Source: Acidobacteriota bacterium
GTDB lineage: Bacteria; Acidobacteriota; UBA890; WLXD01
Length of the DNA: 64,000 bases
Assembly (NCBI GenBank): GCA_965248695.1
Contig: CBDFKD010000002.1
Location: 4,608,001 to 4,672,000 of the forward strand
Reading direction: 5' to 3'
Shown here: positions 31,001 through 39,858 of the stretch, in pieces
Layout of the letters: every line of letters begins with the position of its first letter
How positions within the stretch are numbered: position 1 is the stretch's first letter
Made by a program: the position numbers and the translations under genes
The notes under the pieces: generated by a model
Databases searched by the model: none
What the model saw: the letters and a program-made list of their open reading frames with translations, nothing else
Told to the model about the DNA's origin: nothing

Positions 31001-31580
31001 CGACTTCGGCATCGGCTTTCCAATTGCCAACCGCAACATCCGTGAGCTCGAGCAAATGATCGGCAACTTCGTGAACTTCCTGGTGTTGCGCGTCGACCTC
31101 AGGGGCAACCCCCGTTTCGCCGATCTGCTCGCCAGGGTGCGCCAGACTACCCTCGAAGCCTATGCGCACCAAGATCTGCCCTTCCAGACGCTTCTCGAAC
31201 ACGACGTCGGCGTTGGCTCTGCCTCCGGAAACCCGCTGTTCCAGGCCTACATCAACATGCAAACCGCTGCGACACCCGGTCTCGCTCTTCCCGGATTGAG
31301 CGTCGATACGATGGCCGTCCCCGGACCAGCCGAGCGCTTCGAGCTCGGTCCCCCTCGTTGGGCCGACGCGCGAGCGCGGCCTATCCGCCTGTACCTGGCA
31401 CTTGACCAGATCCTCGAAGGTGTGCTCGTTTACAATCGCAATCTTTTTTCCATGCCGACAATTTCGCGCATGCTCAATCGTTTCGAGACGACGCTTGTCG
31501 GCGCCGCGGTTCACCCGGAGCTTCGAGTGCTTGACCTGTGGGATCTGGCGGTCCGGAAGACCGATCGGGAGGAGGACTGA
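24957..31580 (+). CDS. NRPS part: A(Gln code)-PCP-C-A-PCP-C(terminal); no TE or reductase
   Basis: Two complete A domains, two GGHSL PCPs, C motifs HHIVTDGWS and HHLVTDAWS; A2 code read by eye as DAWQFGLIDK. Confidence 0.95.
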   Translation: MFVHDGRLIDATTVASMASHFVNLMTAVHDESDRPLRTLDLLSETERHRVLVEWNDSKVAHPTAGCVHRAFEDRARECGGAIAVVDNGTHITFAELNRRANRLSHHLTGLGIGSGAQRVRPDLLVGLLLEPSVELVIALLAVVKSGAAYVPLDARLPPDRLRAIANEAGLAAVLTAGPLPELFDDLVSACAVDLVGDAALIAANPCDDPTTAVAVDSPAYVLFTSGSTGRPKGVVVHHRALTNHMQWMERAFPLTAADRVLQRTPFSFDASVWEFWAPLMAGATLAMVPRGAHREPGSLARVLDEHRVTVMQVVPTLLELLIDEPAACQYLKTMFCGGEPLPVELARRYLASGWGARLINLYGPTETTIDASFHTVEALPAGGTVPIGRPIDNVTLYVLDADQRLAPPGARGELYIGGAGVGQGYLRQPGLTAERYLPDPYSHKAGSRMYRTGDLVRRLADGNIEFLGRIDAQVKVRGFRIELGEIEAVLQTHPGVHGAVASAREDRPGDKRLVAYVVVAEEQPTAAELRAHMKTKLPLYMVPATFVTVEAFPLLPSGKVDRRSLPAPGITQRSTAVAYVAPRTAEEEPLCEIWRECLGLERVGVHDDFFELGGHSLLATQVISRIRKGFGAEVPLRSIFENPTVAELAEEIQRTGHAEVRADADIEPRARTGDLPLSFAQQRLWFLDQLEPGTTLYNAPEAFRLRGPLDPGALEAALCEIVRRHEALRATFPSRGGVPYASIAAEPDFVLHRTDVSGDGDPDGDVLRCIQRKIATPFELDRGPLLRAALLRCGADDHVLLLNLHHIVTDGWSQRVLYSELRALYEDFVAGQPSRLSDPTVQYADFAAWQREWLRGDTLQRQLDYWRCQLRDLPMLELPTDRPRPKVQSHRGGGHSFELSAQLTRRLRAVAVQHRSTPFMIALAAFYLLLHRYSGQDDFAIGIPIANRNRREIEDLIGFFVNMLVIRVDLGGDTTFAELLARVRETTLDAYTHQDLPFEKLVDELETVRDTSRSPLFQVSYTLDDELAYGSRSDRLELMDIDSEPFDLELRRCLFDLELVVWAEDESLRGQFMYAAELFEATTIAAMADSFETLLEAVIEAPERPLREIDLLSPTERRTLLVEWNDTRRDEPRADLVHELFEARVEEDPEARALEGNGEQLSYAQLERRANRLAHHLLECGVGTETRVGLLLERSPNMVVAVLAVLKAGGAYVPLDPTYPEARVRFMLQDAAAALLVSEAHLTDRVPGELSCPVILLDAAATQIEACPAEPPDVETHPEQLAYVIYTSGSTGTPKGVGVPHRSLSNHTRSARRAYQIEPGDRVLQFASLSFDISVEEIFPTLMAGATLVLRDEELAAGLFLRQLRERRITVLILSTGYWHELVDELERSGEPLPAALRLATVGGEAMRPDRVRAWTKIAARGAPSARLVNGYGPTEATVVATRWTAPEEIADGNGAATVPIGRPIDNVSVYVLDDAMRVCPVGAVGELYIGGLGVARGYLNRPGLTAASFVPDPFGPSSGDRGGRLYKTGDRVRYRPDGELEFLGRIDNQVKIRGFRIELGEIEAGLRDQPGVTEATVVARLDHPGGRLAAYVVATPGETPSRQELRRFARTRLPDYMVPSTFTVLTELPLTPAGKVDRAALPQPDQGAPEETPAVPRTATEELLAGIWCRCLRVDQVGIHDNFFELGGHSLLATQVISRIRSLFGVELPILTLFDRPTVAQLAKRLDDGDDALRAAESDLIARRSDASETPLSFFQERLWALDRLTPGSSIYHVREAMRLSGPLDIGALWRAFGAIVRRHDALRTIFPCHDGTVYQAVAEPGEIEPRVVDLSGLPTGEREAAASRHLREAAEVPFDLARGPLLRATLLRCGPEEHILLLVFHHLVTDAWSATILLRELETFYTGLTNGGSPAVGELPLQYPDFADWQRRRFRGQVLEEQLSYWGRQLTGLPELRLPYEEPSSTVRSYHGAELPFRVSREATRKVEELGREYGCTAFMSVAAALAVVLHGYSRQVDFGIGFPIANRNIRELEQMIGNFVNFLVLRVDLRGNPRFADLLARVRQTTLEAYAHQDLPFQTLLEHDVGVGSASGNPLFQAYINMQTAATPGLALPGLSVDTMAVPGPAERFELGPPRWADARARPIRLYLALDQILEGVLVYNRNLFSMPTISRMLNRFETTLVGAAVHPELRVLDLWDLAVRKTDREED
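28356..29680 (+). repeat. Copy 2 of a ~1.3-kb direct duplication (A domain, module 3)
   Basis: Near-identical nucleotide sequence to 20740-22067. Confidence 0.92.
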
Positions 31581-31581
31581 G

Positions 31582-33655
31582 ATGATGGCGAAACCCGTGC
31601 TCGTCGCCTTGGCGGCCCTCGTGCTTACCGCCGGTTGTCAGACGTCAGACGAACCACGGTACGCCGTGCGCCTGTCGGTCTCCGGGGACGCCACGCCGAT
31701 CAAGGACCTCGCCTACGAGAGTTTTATCGATCAATCGTTCGACGACGCCTGCCGAATCACCACGACCCCGGCGTCGCCAAATCTGGCCATTGCCGGTCCC
31801 GTGGGATCGACTGTCTCCGTTGGCGTGGAGGTCAGCTCGTGCCGCCAAGACACCACGGAGCCCGCCGTCACCTGCTCGTGGAAAGTCGTGCCGCGAAGAA
31901 GTGTCTGCGCGCCACAAGGAGCCGTGGCGCACCCGGCTCAGGGGCAGGCAAAATGGTCCGGCTGGAGCCACCAGGCGGCGCTGCAAGTACCGGATCGCAC
32001 AGGGATCTACGACGTCACGCTGGCCTGCGAGGTCGACGGTGGGGAGCAGCTTTTCGAGCCCATCGAAAGCACACTCTATGCAACGTACCGCGAGCCGTTG
32101 TTCATGGTCTCGCCGCCGCAGCGCAGTTGGTACGCGCGCGCCACGGAGTGGGGCTGCGGGTTCACTGCGAAGGCGGATGAAAAGCGGGTGCTGAAGCACG
32201 TGCTCGACTCGCTCTACGCCAACGCCAGGGGGAATTGGCGCTACGGGGTGTTCGAGTTGGCCGATCCCGCTGCTGCCGCCTACCCGCCGTACGACGAGGG
32301 CGGCAATTGGTTCAATTGTCCATGGCAGGCGCTTGTGGACGAAAGCGATCCGTGCAACTTCGCTGACTGCTTCGAGTACAGCCAGGTGTTCGAGCACATC
32401 TCCGCGACACTCGGGATCGGGGTCTTCGAGCCGATCGCCGATGTCGGCAACGCCGGTGAAGGTTTCAAGACGGTGGCCGACTCCTATTCTCTCGACCCTC
32501 GCTTTCCTGGGAACGTCGATTTGCGACGAGGAGGCCGGCTGTGATGGCTATGTGTTCAGCAGCCACAGCCTGCGATTGAGAGACGATGTCTACTATGACG
32601 CCACTTTCAACAAGACCTACGACGCCGCAGATGCGTTCATCCAGGAGGACGTGGACGCCCGGCCGAAAGGGGGAGTCAAGCTCATGAGTTCCGGAGCGAC
32701 GCTCACGATGGGAGAAGTGGGGTACGGCACCTGGGGCCAGTGGAAGACGAGCGCGGCTGCGCCCGCATCGGCGCTCACCCCGCTGCGCATGGTGTCGACG
32801 GGGACAGGAGCGTCCATTCGGGCGACGACCACCCGAACGATGCTCGGCGTCGTGGTTAGCGCGAATGTAGACCTCGAACAGCCAGGCACCTATATCGTCA
32901 GGGCGCTGCTCGGCCGACCTGAATCTGGCGACGAATCGACTGATCCGACGGACTGGATCCCGGCCGCCAGACAGGGATCGACGGCATTCTCCGACCGGCA
33001 CGTCACCATTGCCGCACCCGGAAGCCGGCGATTGTCGTTCAGCTTCGGGTATCCGGCGATCGAAGCAGCGGCGGGCGCCGGCCGTCACACCTATCGAATC
33101 GAGGTTTTCGATCACCGCTCCGGCGACGACGGAACCTCCATGGAGACGCGGCTGATTGCTGATTTTCGGGATTCAGTCGACGTGACCCAGGCGCAGCTCG
33201 ACGGTGCCAAGGGCGCCGACATCATCGACCTCGGGATCGAAAGCGCGGCCGGCACCGGCGACGAGGGACAACCGCCGCGAAGCTTCGTCGCCCGATACAC
33301 GCTGTCGATCCCGCCCCCGGACCCCGGTCCTGATAGCGACGGCGACCTGCCCGGCCCCCCAGTGCGGAGCTACACGCTCCAGGCGCGACTGGCCCGCTAC
33401 TCGAGCTTCGAATCGCTCTCCTATGCCGGCGCCGAGTACGAGCTCGAAGAAGGCGAGCACACCGTCAGCCTGGAGATTCCTCTTCCGGCCGTAGCCGACC
33501 CGCCGGCTGTAGAGCACTTCGAGCTCACGACGGAGCTGATCGCCAACCGGGACGGCTACTGGTATGAGGATTCGGTCGCCTTTCGACGCTTCAGCCTCGA
33601 TCTTTCGGAAGGCGAGGTCCGATCGGTGGAGCAAAGAGACGTGCTCAACCGTTAG
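31582..33655 (+). CDS. Transglutaminase-like (Cys-His-Asp) lipoprotein with C-terminal Ig-like region; +1 frameshift near 32518
   Basis: Lipobox LTAGC; ADCFEYSQVFEHISATLGI, then after the frameshift VFSSHSL..YYDATF; starts 1 nt after the NRPS stop. Confidence 0.65.
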
Positions 33656-36600
33656 CGAGGACGAGGCGCCGGCGTCCGCAGGGCAGCTTCAGCCCTGGCC
33701 GCGATCGCGGCCAACCCCAACTCGCGCGCCCGGCTGGCTGTGGTGCGCAAACGCTCTTCGCCGGTCGCCGTGCCGTCGGCAAGCTCGGCGACGCCGAGGC
33801 TCACATCGGCCTCCAGCTCGAGCCTCACGAGGCCGTGCCGCCGCGCCTCGGCGACTGCGGTTCGTAGCCGCGGCAACGACGCCTCGGCCTCGCCGAGCCT
33901 CTCGCTAACGAGCGCGCGCGCTAGGGCTCCGGCGATCCGCACCGTCGGATCCTGGCTTTCCTCCGCGTCGAATCCCTCGGCTTGGATGATTCGTGTAGCC
34001 TCCTCCAGATCGTCGGCGCTCGCGGCCACGGTGGCCAGCAGCGATTGAGCGCGTGATTCCTCTGGCCGTCGATCTCCGCGGGCGAACTCGGCGGCTGCAA
34101 GCCGCGCCAGGCTGTCCGACTCGGAGAACCTCCCCTCTTCGAGCAGGAGCTTCGCCTTCGCGAGCTGGCTCTCGGCCATCGTGCTGCGTTCGCCGAGATC
34201 CTCTCGGATCTGAATCGACTCGTCAAAAAGCCGACGGGCAGCCTCCAGGTCGCCCGCTGCGAGGCGTGCCTCACCGAGCGCCACCAGTACGTAGCCACGC
34301 AAGTGTTCGTATCCGAACTCTTCGCAGATCTGATGGGCTCTGGCGAGGTCCGCCTCAGCGGCTGCGAGATCGGCCTCCTCCAGCACGATACGGCCCAATA
34401 TGTACAGGTTCCAACCGACGCCGCGCTGATCGCCTGCCGCTTCGTCGATGGCCATGGATTCGCTGGCCCGCTGACGCGCGGCCGGAAAGTCGGCGGTACG
34501 TAGCAACCCGTTGGCGATGTTGACCAGAGCAAATGACTGGTAGGCGGGACCCAGGTTCCGACGCGCGATATCGAGGCTTTCCTCCAGCATGGCGTGCGCC
34601 CCGTCAAAGTCGCCCCTTTCCTGCAGCAACACCGAATGGTTGGCGAGCGTTACTGCGGTTCCGCCGGTGTTTCCTATCTTCCGGTTGATCGCCAACGCTT
34701 GCCCGTACTTGTTCTCCGCTTCGGCCAAGTCGCCGGCGAACTTGTTCATGATGGCCTCGGAGCTGAGCAAGCGGGCGAGGCTGTGTTCGTCGCCGATCTG
34801 CAAGAAGATCCCGCGGGCCTCTTCGAGCGCTGCCGCGGCCGCCTCCGGGTTGCCCATCATGTTGTGCGTCGACCCTTCCTCACGACGAGCTCGGGCGACG
34901 AGAATGCTCGCGCCCGCCTCGCGACCTCGATCTGCGGCGCTTGCCGCAGCACGAAGCGCGCGCCGGAGATCGCCGGAGTCTTTCGCTATCGCCGCTTCCG
35001 CGAGGTCGATACGCGGGTCTTCGGAAGAGGGTGCAGGGAGCGCGCGCAGCTGATCGATCGTGTCGAAGGCCTGTAGCAGTTGGTTTGCCCGTGTCTGCGC
35101 CAGCGCGAGTCTCAGGCCATGCTCGACGTCGTCGGAGTGGTAACCCCAGAGGATTCGGTAGTCCTCGATCGCCTCCTGGAAGCGCCCTGACATCTCGTGA
35201 AAGCGTCCTCGGATCAGCAGCAGCTCCCGCCTCGGCAGACCGTCGGTCAAATCGGCGGCCGCCTCCGCAGCTTGCAGGGCGTTTTGGTCGTAACCCAAAT
35301 CCGACCACGCCTGGCTGAGCGCAGCGTGTGCGAGTGCGTACTGCGAATCGACGCGGACGGCCTCTTCGAGAAGCTGGCGGGCGCCGTTCGCGTCGTATCT
35401 CCTGAGGCGCGCCACGCCCTCGGCGTACAGACGGTTAGCGTCGGTGTTACCAGACGCGACCGCCTGCACCTCCGCCTCCGCCGCCGTCGAAAGCCCTGGA
35501 ACGCCGAGCTCGGCGCGCAGCCCGGCGCCAGCCTCGGAGAGCAGCGTGAACAGCTCGGTTTGCGATCCGGTACGCTGCAACCCCGCCACGGTTTCGCCGC
35601 TTCGCGAGTCTTGCAAGTTGAGGTTCAGCGACAGATCACCGGACCGATCACCTTCTTCGATCAGCATGTATGAGCCAACGATGACGAGGTCGGTGCCGAT
35701 GTTTCCGTGGATCTTGATCAACGTCTCGGGGCCCAACGAGCCGACTTCGGGAAGAGAAAGTTCGAGCTTCATACGAGCGACGCTCTCGCCATCGATCACC
35801 CGGAACTGACCTCCCGCGGCAAGCTCTGTCGCCAGGAACTCGGCGAGGGCCGTCGAGACCCAGTTGGCGCTCTCCTGCCCGAGGTTCTGGAAGCCCAGAA
35901 CCGCGATCGAAGGTCGGCTCGCCAACGGCGACGTCGCGACATCGCTGCGACCCTGGAGATCGAAGGGCCAATAGAGCACGCCGACGAGCAGGAGAGCCGA
36001 GATAGCGAGAGCGAGAGCGAGTATGACCCATCGGGGTACCGATGACAACGCACGGCGCGGATGCTCGAGCTCCGCGCCTTCGTCCAGGAGCGCCCGCAGC
36101 TCGGCGCCCAACTCGGCGGCCGATTGGCGCTCCTCGGGGTCCTTTTCCAGGCACCGGCCGATGATGCCACCGAGTCGCTGCGGCAGCCTCGGGTCGACGG
36201 CGGTGACCGAAGGCGGGGTGTCGCGCAGTACGGCGGCGATGAGTCCGGGGGCGGAAGACGCATCCTGGAAAGGTCTCGCCTTGGTGGTCATCATGTACAA
36301 GATGATGCCGAGCGAGAAGATGTCCGACCGGTGGTCGACGTCTTCGCCGCGAAACTGTTCAGGGGACATGTAGGACAACGTACCCAAGACCATCCCCGGT
36401 CGGGTCTGATCCAACGCATCAAGCTGGGTCAGGTCGTTCTCGCCCGCTGGTGGCGCGTGGAGCTTGGCAAGACCGAAGTCCAAGATCTTCACGCGCCCGT
36501 CCTCGCTCACCATGATGTTGGCCGGTTTGAGATCTCTGTGGGTGATGCCGCCCTCGTGTGCCGCAGCGACCGCGTCGACGATCTGCACCGCGAGCTCCAG

Positions 36601-36924
36601 AAGTTCCCCGAACCCGAGCTCCGACTCCGGGATCAGGTCCTCGAGGGTTTGGCCGCGGACCAGCTCCATCGTCACGAAACGAAGATCCTCGCTTCGTTCC
36701 ACCGAATAGATGGTGACGATGTTCGGGTGGTTCAGCGCCGCCAGGGCCTTCGCTTCGCGTTCGAAGCGTTCGATGCGATCGGGGTCTTCGGAGAGATCGG
36801 GGGGCAACACCTTCAACGCCACGCTCCGATCCAGGTCGAGATCCTCGGCCAGATAGACCTCGCCCATACCGCCTTCGCCGAGCTTGTCGACAATCCGGTA
36901 GCGTGAAACCGTCTGTCCGACCAC
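33652..36924 (-). CDS. Hanks-type Ser/Thr protein kinase with TM helix, TolB-N-like segment and TPR array
   Basis: LGEGGMGEVY, VALK, HRDLKPAN, DFG, YMSPE, SDIFSLG; hydrophobic helix; SIAVLGFQN; Ala-rich TPR repeats. Confidence 0.93.
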   Translation of the reverse strand: MVGQTVSRYRIVDKLGEGGMGEVYLAEDLDLDRSVALKVLPPDLSEDPDRIERFEREAKALAALNHPNIVTIYSVERSEDLRFVTMELVRGQTLEDLIPESELGFGELLELAVQIVDAVAAAHEGGITHRDLKPANIMVSEDGRVKILDFGLAKLHAPPAGENDLTQLDALDQTRPGMVLGTLSYMSPEQFRGEDVDHRSDIFSLGIILYMMTTKARPFQDASSAPGLIAAVLRDTPPSVTAVDPRLPQRLGGIIGRCLEKDPEERQSAAELGAELRALLDEGAELEHPRRALSSVPRWVILALALAISALLLVGVLYWPFDLQGRSDVATSPLASRPSIAVLGFQNLGQESANWVSTALAEFLATELAAGGQFRVIDGESVARMKLELSLPEVGSLGPETLIKIHGNIGTDLVIVGSYMLIEEGDRSGDLSLNLNLQDSRSGETVAGLQRTGSQTELFTLLSEAGAGLRAELGVPGLSTAAEAEVQAVASGNTDANRLYAEGVARLRRYDANGARQLLEEAVRVDSQYALAHAALSQAWSDLGYDQNALQAAEAAADLTDGLPRRELLLIRGRFHEMSGRFQEAIEDYRILWGYHSDDVEHGLRLALAQTRANQLLQAFDTIDQLRALPAPSSEDPRIDLAEAAIAKDSGDLRRALRAAASAADRGREAGASILVARARREEGSTHNMMGNPEAAAAALEEARGIFLQIGDEHSLARLLSSEAIMNKFAGDLAEAENKYGQALAINRKIGNTGGTAVTLANHSVLLQERGDFDGAHAMLEESLDIARRNLGPAYQSFALVNIANGLLRTADFPAARQRASESMAIDEAAGDQRGVGWNLYILGRIVLEEADLAAAEADLARAHQICEEFGYEHLRGYVLVALGEARLAAGDLEAARRLFDESIQIREDLGERSTMAESQLAKAKLLLEEGRFSESDSLARLAAAEFARGDRRPEESRAQSLLATVAASADDLEEATRIIQAEGFDAEESQDPTVRIAGALARALVSERLGEAEASLPRLRTAVAEARRHGLVRLELEADVSLGVAELADGTATGEERLRTTASRARELGLAAIAARAEAALRTPAPRPR

Positions 36925-36930
36925 GGCCTG

Positions 36931-37149
36931 CTAGGCGCCGTCGATCCGTTTTCTGACGCTCAGAGGACGCATGTCCGTCCACACGCACTCGATGTGATCG
37001 AGGCATTCTTGCTTGGTCCCCGACAACCCTTCGGCTGTCCATCCTGCCGGGATCTCGCGATCCGCCGGCCAGAGTGAGTACTGTGCTTCCTCGTTCATGA
37101 CTACCCGGTAGACCTTGGCGGCGTCGTGCTCGTCCGGTTCTTGGCTCAC
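36931..37149 (-). CDS. mbtH: MbtH-like NRPS accessory protein
   Basis: NEEAQYSLWP..IPAGW...CLDHIE.VWTDMRPLS signature. Confidence 0.96.
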   Translation of the reverse strand: MSQEPDEHDAAKVYRVVMNEEAQYSLWPADREIPAGWTAEGLSGTKQECLDHIECVWTDMRPLSVRKRIDGA

Positions 37150-37346
37150 GTTCGCCTCGCCCTCGGGTGACTTGCTCCGGTTAGTCAAAACACTTCGTAA
37201 CTCATCGAATCGGCGCTCGCAAGAGGTCGACAGGCTGGCCCGGCGGAAGCGGCAGCAGATAGCAGGAACTTTACGGTTAGTCAGGGAGATAACCTAGTCC
37301 GGGGTTGTGAGCGAATACCTGAATCAGGCCGGTAGGAGATCTGCCG

Positions 37347-38057
37347 ATGCGATTGCTCGAACCGCTTCTCCCCGAGGGCGTTCTTTGCGGAGAGATAGAC
37401 CCGGCGGACGTGGATACGGACTTGCTCTCCGATGAGGAACGGGCTGATGTAGCCCGAGCGATACCTCGGCGCGTGCGGGAGTTCGCTGCCGGTCGGCAAT
37501 TGGCCCACGAACTACTGGAGCGTCTCGGCGCGAGGCGGGCGCCGCTGTGCAACGGGCCGGATCGCGCCCCGATCTGGCCAGCGGGCTTCGTTGGGTCGAT
37601 CAGCCACACCGGCAGGCTAGCTGTGGCCATCGTCGCGCGGATGGACAAGTTCGCGGCGCTTGGCTGCGACATCGAGCCAGACGGGGCGCTGGAGGAGGGA
37701 CTCTGGGACCTTATTCTACGGCCGGAAGAACGATGCTACGTGTCCACGCAGTTCGACCCTGGCCGGGTAGTTCGCCGGATCTTCAGCGCCAAGGAAGCAG
37801 CCTACAAGGCTTGGTACCCGTCCTGCGGCGTAGTCCTCGAGCACCACGACGTGCACATACAGCTTGGACAGAGGGAAGGCGACAGTCTCCAGGCCCCGTT
37901 CATCGCGAAGCTGCAGCGAGACGCCGGCACCATGCGGGCAGGATCTGAACTGCGCGGATACTGGAGGAACTGCGGCGGCCTCGTAGCGACGGCGGTGAGC
38001 GTCGGCGCGATTTCGAGCAGACGAGACACCCGGGTCCCATCGGACAAGAACGACTAG
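37347..38057 (+). CDS. 4'-phosphopantetheinyl transferase (EntD/Sfp type)
   Basis: REFAAGR, PIWPAGFVGSISH, LGCDIE, FSAKEAAYKAWYP. Confidence 0.94.
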   Translation: MRLLEPLLPEGVLCGEIDPADVDTDLLSDEERADVARAIPRRVREFAAGRQLAHELLERLGARRAPLCNGPDRAPIWPAGFVGSISHTGRLAVAIVARMDKFAALGCDIEPDGALEEGLWDLILRPEERCYVSTQFDPGRVVRRIFSAKEAAYKAWYPSCGVVLEHHDVHIQLGQREGDSLQAPFIAKLQRDAGTMRAGSELRGYWRNCGGLVATAVSVGAISSRRDTRVPSDKND

Positions 38058-38119
38058 GATGGATGAGCCACAACCGAAAGCCCATCAACGGACTCACTAC
38101 AAAAGACTTAACCATCATC

Positions 38120-38192
38120 GCCCTCGTAGCTCAGGTGGATAGAGCACCGGCCTCCTAAGCCGGGTGCCCAGGTTCGAGTCCTGGCGGGGGCA
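38120..38192 (+). tRNA. tRNA-Arg(CCT)
   Basis: GCCCTCG...CGGGGGCA; anticodon stem CCGGC/GCCGG with loop CTCCTAA; GGTTCGAGTCC T-arm. Confidence 0.95.
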
Positions 38193-38231
38193 CTTCGATG
38201 TTCTGCTGTGCGACGCGCTGCCTGGAATCAT

Positions 38232-39740
38232 CTACTCGGGCGGCAGTACCTGGAAACGGCGCACCCAAGCGGGATCGCCAGCCATGGCGCTCCACTTGGA
38301 CGCGAACACCAGGCTTCCGGCGATCATCACCAGTACCCAGATCCATGTCGATCGCAGATACCAGGCGTCGGCCGGAGCGCCCAGATCCTTCCACAGGTGA
38401 ACGACAAGGTAGAGGCTCAGCAACGTCGCCCCGGCCAGGCCGATCGTCACGCGCGCACGGTTGTTCGGGACGACTCGAATTGCGCTGGCAAGAGCCGGAT
38501 TGCGTCGCGAGATGCATACGGCAGAGAGGCAAACGAGCAGGAAGTTCACCAGCATCGCGGTGACCAGGATGTCGACGCCGAGAAAGAAATCGCCCGCAAG
38601 ATGGCTGCCGACAACCCCGCCGGTCGCCATGGTGCCGCTCAGGAGGATGGCCACGTCGGGCGTCTGCCGGCGCGGGTGGACGCGCTTGACGAACGCCGGG
38701 AAGATCCCATCCTCGGCCCAGGCGAACATCAGGCGCGATACCGACAACAGCATTGCCGGGAGGTCGTTGATCAGGGCGATGGCGGCGCCCGCCACGATCG
38801 CCACCGTCCAGCCGGGTGAGAGCACGTAGCCGAGCAATCCCGGTGCGGTGAGGTCTTCGACGAGGGCGCGCTCGGCGACGTATTGCCAGGGGATGGCGTG
38901 ATAGATCGCTGCGGTGAACGCCAGGTAGAAGCCGCCCACCGTGAGCATGCAGATTCCGATCGCTAGCGGCAGGTCCCGCGACGGGTTGCGCGACTCACCG
39001 CCGGCCTGCGCGATCGAGTCGAAGCCGATGAAGCTCGAGAACAGGATCACCGACGCGCCCAGGAAGGTGACCAGGTCGAAGGCGGCGGGAGCCTCGAGCG
39101 GGATGGTGACGCCGTCGCGAGCCAGGACCGCGGCGGCGAACTCTGCCGGTCCGGAGGAGAACCCGGCAATGATCACCACCGACCCGCCCAGGAACATGAA
39201 GACCATGAGCGGCACGAGGATGCGTTCGTACAGGCGCACTCCGAGCATGTTGACGCCCATGAACAGCCACAGGACCGCCAACGCTACGCCGATGCGTCCC
39301 GGACCGTTGCCGATGGTTGCGGCCAGGTCGGTGTACCCGAGCGTTGCCGCGATGTCGCGCAGGAACGGGACCAGGACGTACGACACCACGCCAATCGCGA
39401 CGCTTAACCCGAACCACTGCGAGAAGCTGGCGACGAAGCCCAGGTAGGGGTTCAGCGACCGACTCACGTACACGTAGCTGCCGCCGGCACGAGGCATTGC
39501 CGAGGCCAGGATGGCGTACGCCATTGCCGCCAGGGCCGCCGGCACGACCGCAACGAGGTAGGCGGGAAACACGTAGGGCCCGATGCCGGGCACGCTCCGC
39601 TGCACCATCAGCGGCACGATGTTGATGGCGGCCCCCATCATCGCGCAGATGCCAGTAGCGGCGACGCCGGCCAGTCCCAGGTGTCGCGCGAGCCGCGGCG
39701 CGGGAGCGGACGATAACGGGTCGTTGCTACTCGATCGCAT
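38232..39740 (-). CDS. APC-family amino acid permease
   Basis: LASAMPRAGGSYVY, FIGFD, ESRNPSRDLP, RLMFAWAEDG; ~12 TM. Confidence 0.92.
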   Translation of the reverse strand: MRSSSNDPLSSAPAPRLARHLGLAGVAATGICAMMGAAINIVPLMVQRSVPGIGPYVFPAYLVAVVPAALAAMAYAILASAMPRAGGSYVYVSRSLNPYLGFVASFSQWFGLSVAIGVVSYVLVPFLRDIAATLGYTDLAATIGNGPGRIGVALAVLWLFMGVNMLGVRLYERILVPLMVFMFLGGSVVIIAGFSSGPAEFAAAVLARDGVTIPLEAPAAFDLVTFLGASVILFSSFIGFDSIAQAGGESRNPSRDLPLAIGICMLTVGGFYLAFTAAIYHAIPWQYVAERALVEDLTAPGLLGYVLSPGWTVAIVAGAAIALINDLPAMLLSVSRLMFAWAEDGIFPAFVKRVHPRRQTPDVAILLSGTMATGGVVGSHLAGDFFLGVDILVTAMLVNFLLVCLSAVCISRRNPALASAIRVVPNNRARVTIGLAGATLLSLYLVVHLWKDLGAPADAWYLRSTWIWVLVMIAGSLVFASKWSAMAGDPAWVRRFQVLPPE

Positions 39741-39858
39741 GGCGAGCCGCATTGTAGTTGCTGGCGCGGCGGCGCGGCGAAATGCGCCGTCGACCGAAAA
39801 GCTGCGACGGCCCCCGAGCTGGAGCCTGGAGGCCGTCGTCTGAACCGTCTACCGAACG

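Noticed and set aside
38058-38192. tRNA-Arg as the integration site of the NRPS island
   Set aside because: The island lies 5' of the tRNA, no duplicated tRNA 3' end was seen in the window, and there is no adjacent integrase.
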